The notes under the pieces are model-generated. The model made no database searches and was not told the DNA's origin. It saw only the letters and a list, made by a program, of their open reading frames with translations. The position numbers and the translations under genes were made by a program. Source: an uncultured beta proteobacterium (lineage in GTDB: Bacteria; Pseudomonadota; Gammaproteobacteria; Burkholderiales; Nitrosomonadaceae). From it: 32,000 nt of DNA. The DNA is taken from contig CAWBAF010000006.1 of the NCBI GenBank assembly GCA_963786735.1, positions 304,566-336,565 on the forward strand. Reading direction: 5' to 3'. The stretch's first letter is position 1. Each line of letters begins with the position of its first letter. Shown here piece after piece: positions 29,926 through 32,000 of this stretch.

Positions 29926-32000
29926 TCGACGTCGTCGCAACGCTGTTTCGCTGGTTACAGCTTGCGTCCAACATGATCCTGGTCGGGGCCTGCGTATTTC
30001 TGGCCATTGCCGGCTTCTTCCATTCACCCTGGGTCACCCGCCTGCAACGCGCCTTGCCCTGGCTGGGCCTCATCCTGCTCATCGGACTGGTGGGCATCCT
30101 GTCCACCACCACCGCCCAGGCCACCGGCATCGGTGAGAATGCCTGGCGGCTGGATGCCTGGCTCGCCCTCATGAAGAATACCCGCATGGGGCAGATCTGG
30201 ATTGCGCGGGCTGCCTGTGGCCTGGTGGTATTCGCCATTGCCTGCTATTTGCGCTACAGTCCCCCGGCGCGCTGGAAATATATCCTGTGCGCGACTGCCG
30301 CATCGCTCACCCTGACGGTGGGCGCGCTGGCCAGCCATTCGGCCGCCGAAGAGCTCTCGGTCATGTCGATTCTGCCCTACGCCTTGCACATCATCATGGC
30401 AAGCGTATGGTTTGGCGCCCTGCCCGCCTTCCTCGCCGTCTGCTTTGCCTGCACCGAACCCGAGAAGAAAGAGCCTGCGCACCCCGGCCTGCAAACGGAA
30501 GCCATTGCCCGCATCCACGCCCTGTTCCAATCGCGCGAACAGGCGATGGCCGCGGGCGCAATAGCGCTCAAGCGCTTCTCCACCATGGCCCTGCCCGTCA
30601 TGCTGGGCGTCATTGCCACCGGCGTCATCATCACCGACCGCATGGTCGACACGAGCTATAGTGGCCTGGTGGCCACCCGTTATGGCTGGTTGCTCGATGC
30701 CAAGCTTGCGTTGCTGGGGGTCGTGCTGGTGATTGCCGCACGGGCGCGCTCCACCTGGCTGCCCCTGCTTGCCCGGACCACCGAGGGCCAGAACGCCCAG
30801 GCTGGCGGAGAAAAGCTGCGCAAATGGGTGAGTTTCGAATTCCTGCTGGCCATGGGCATTGTGCTGCTTGCCACCATCGTGGCCAATACCGTACCTGCCA
30901 AGCACGCCCTCATCCAGGACTGGCCCTACTCCTTCCGCTTTTCGCTCGCGGCGACCTGGGGCGATCCTGTCGTGATGACCCGGGTATACAGCGGGCTGGC
31001 GCTGCTTGCCGCAGCCATTGCCGCGGTGCTGTTCGGACGCAGCCGGGGCTGGACCGGGAAACTGCGCGCGGGCGTGCCGGCCGTGCTGGCGGTTGCCGCC
31101 TTCGCGGTGGGCCTGCCGCCCCTGGCCGTGGATGCCTATCCGGAAACCTATCGCAAGACCCCGGTGCCCTTCGACACCATTTCGATTGCCAACGGCTCAG
31201 GCCTCTTTGCCGAGAACTGCGTGGCCTGCCATGGCCCCCAGGGCAAGGGCGATGGCGTCATGGCCAAGAGCTTTGCCAAGCCGCCGGTGGACATGCTGAC
31301 CGAGCCGCATACCGCCAAGCATACTGCCGGCGACTTCTTCCACTGGCTCACCTTCGGCATACCGGATACCGGCATGCCCCTGTTTGCCGACAAGCTCAGC
31401 GAAGAAGACCGCTGGGATGTGGTCAACTACCTGCACGCCATGTCGCGGGGCTACCAGGCACGGCTGATGAGTCCCACGGTCAAGCCCGAGCAGCCCCAGC
31501 TCAATATGGGACCGCCCAATTTCTCCTATATCGCCCAGGATGGCTCAAGCGGCACCCTCAAGGATTTCCGCGGCCAGAAGAACGTCCTGCTCGTGCTGTT
31601 CTCCTGGCCGCAATCGCGCGAGCGCCTGCAGGAACTGCAAAGCCTCCATTCCCGGCTTGCCCAGGCCAACACCGTGCTGCTGGCCGTGCCGGAAGATGAC
31701 CTGGCCCCGCAGGACCTGGCCCGCATTGCAGAACTTCCCTTCCCGGTGGTTACCCAGGGCTCGCCCGAGATCGTGCAAAGCTACGCCCTGTTTCGCAGGA
31801 CGCTCTCCAAACCCGATCTCCTGGGAGAAGGCACCCTGCCGCGCCACCTGGAGTTCCTGATCGACCGCTTTGGCTATCTGCGCGCGCGCTGGATACCCGA
31901 TGCCGACGGGCCCGCCTGGAACAATACCGACACACTGCTCAAACAGATCGCCCAGCTCAACCGCGAAAAAGAAATACTCCCCCCACCAGGCGACCATGTG
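29922..32000 (+). CDS. copD: CopD-family membrane protein fused to a c-type cytochrome domain and a Cys-free thioredoxin/AhpC-like domain; 3' end beyond the window
   Basis: It is not in the ORF track. The ATG at 29922 overlaps the copC TGA (ATGA). I translated 693 codons by hand with no stop to position 32000. About 10 hydrophobic segments carry CopD-like SHSAAE and LHIIMASVWFGALPAF. The heme motif CVACH lies at 31218-31232 and GMPLF at 31371-31385. A Trx-fold-like segment FSYIAQDGSSGTLKDFRGQKNVLLVLFSWPQS...FLIDRFGYLRARW follows. Confidence 0.88.
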   Translation, partial: MIDVVATLFRWLQLASNMILVGACVFLAIAGFFHSPWVTRLQRALPWLGLILLIGLVGILSTTTAQATGIGENAWRLDAWLALMKNTRMGQIWIARAACGLVVFAIACYLRYSPPARWKYILCATAASLTLTVGALASHSAAEELSVMSILPYALHIIMASVWFGALPAFLAVCFACTEPEKKEPAHPGLQTEAIARIHALFQSREQAMAAGAIALKRFSTMALPVMLGVIATGVIITDRMVDTSYSGLVATRYGWLLDAKLALLGVVLVIAARARSTWLPLLARTTEGQNAQAGGEKLRKWVSFEFLLAMGIVLLATIVANTVPAKHALIQDWPYSFRFSLAATWGDPVVMTRVYSGLALLAAAIAAVLFGRSRGWTGKLRAGVPAVLAVAAFAVGLPPLAVDAYPETYRKTPVPFDTISIANGSGLFAENCVACHGPQGKGDGVMAKSFAKPPVDMLTEPHTAKHTAGDFFHWLTFGIPDTGMPLFADKLSEEDRWDVVNYLHAMSRGYQARLMSPTVKPEQPQLNMGPPNFSYIAQDGSSGTLKDFRGQKNVLLVLFSWPQSRERLQELQSLHSRLAQANTVLLAVPEDDLAPQDLARIAELPFPVVTQGSPEIVQSYALFRRTLSKPDLLGEGTLPRHLEFLIDRFGYLRARWIPDADGPAWNNTDTLLKQIAQLNREKEILPPPGDHV

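Noticed and set aside
30024-30905. 293-aa minus-strand ORF, plus plus-strand ORFs 30287..30661, 30824..31699, 31006..31299 and 31540..31860
   Set aside because: All overlap the uninterrupted frame-0 copD fusion ORF. Their translations are Arg/Gly/Pro/His-rich low-complexity strings. Frame 0 instead gives coherent TM helices, a CXXCH heme motif and a Trx-like fold pattern.

Overview
The window looks like chromosomal DNA from a betaproteobacterial ammonia oxidiser. The AmoA, AmoB and AmoC sequences look Nitrosospira-like; this is recognition by eye, as no search was possible.

Positions 1-23.4 kb are ordinary housekeeping genes in conserved order: the 3' end of an SDR gene, tRNA-Leu, tig-clpP-clpX-lon-hupB, tRNA-Val, tRNA-Asp and ppiD. 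These are followed by fabI on the minus strand, a four-gene peptide-type (YejABEF-like) ABC importer with oversized components, prfC, argH, a fructosamine-kinase-family gene, and priA on the minus strand.

A 1.1 kb repeat-rich non-coding region follows at 23.44-24.53 kb. It precedes a complete ammonia monooxygenase cluster in the order amoC-amoA-amoB, terminator, amoE (orf4), amoD (orf5), copC, copD.

The main point the ORF track does not show is the last gene. It starts at 29922, its ATG overlapping the copC stop as ATGA, and runs without a stop to the window edge at 32000, which is why it was never listed. Hand translation gives a CopD-type polytopic membrane domain fused to a c-type cytochrome domain (CVACH plus a distal GMP Met). 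These are followed by a cysteine-free thioredoxin/AhpC-fold domain. The long ORFs listed in that region are GC-driven shadow frames.

Other points worth a second look:
- a canonical sigma54 -24/-12 motif and several repeat families upstream of amoC
- signal peptides in AmoB, AmoE, AmoD and CopC that would all expose an N-terminal histidine after cleavage
- a CTTGAR motif array and a GCCAAAG microsatellite at the copC 5' end
- a substrate-binding protein with both a lipobox and a C-terminal membrane helix

I saw no mobile elements, CRISPR arrays, integrases or defence genes. All calls come from hand translation and motif recognition only.
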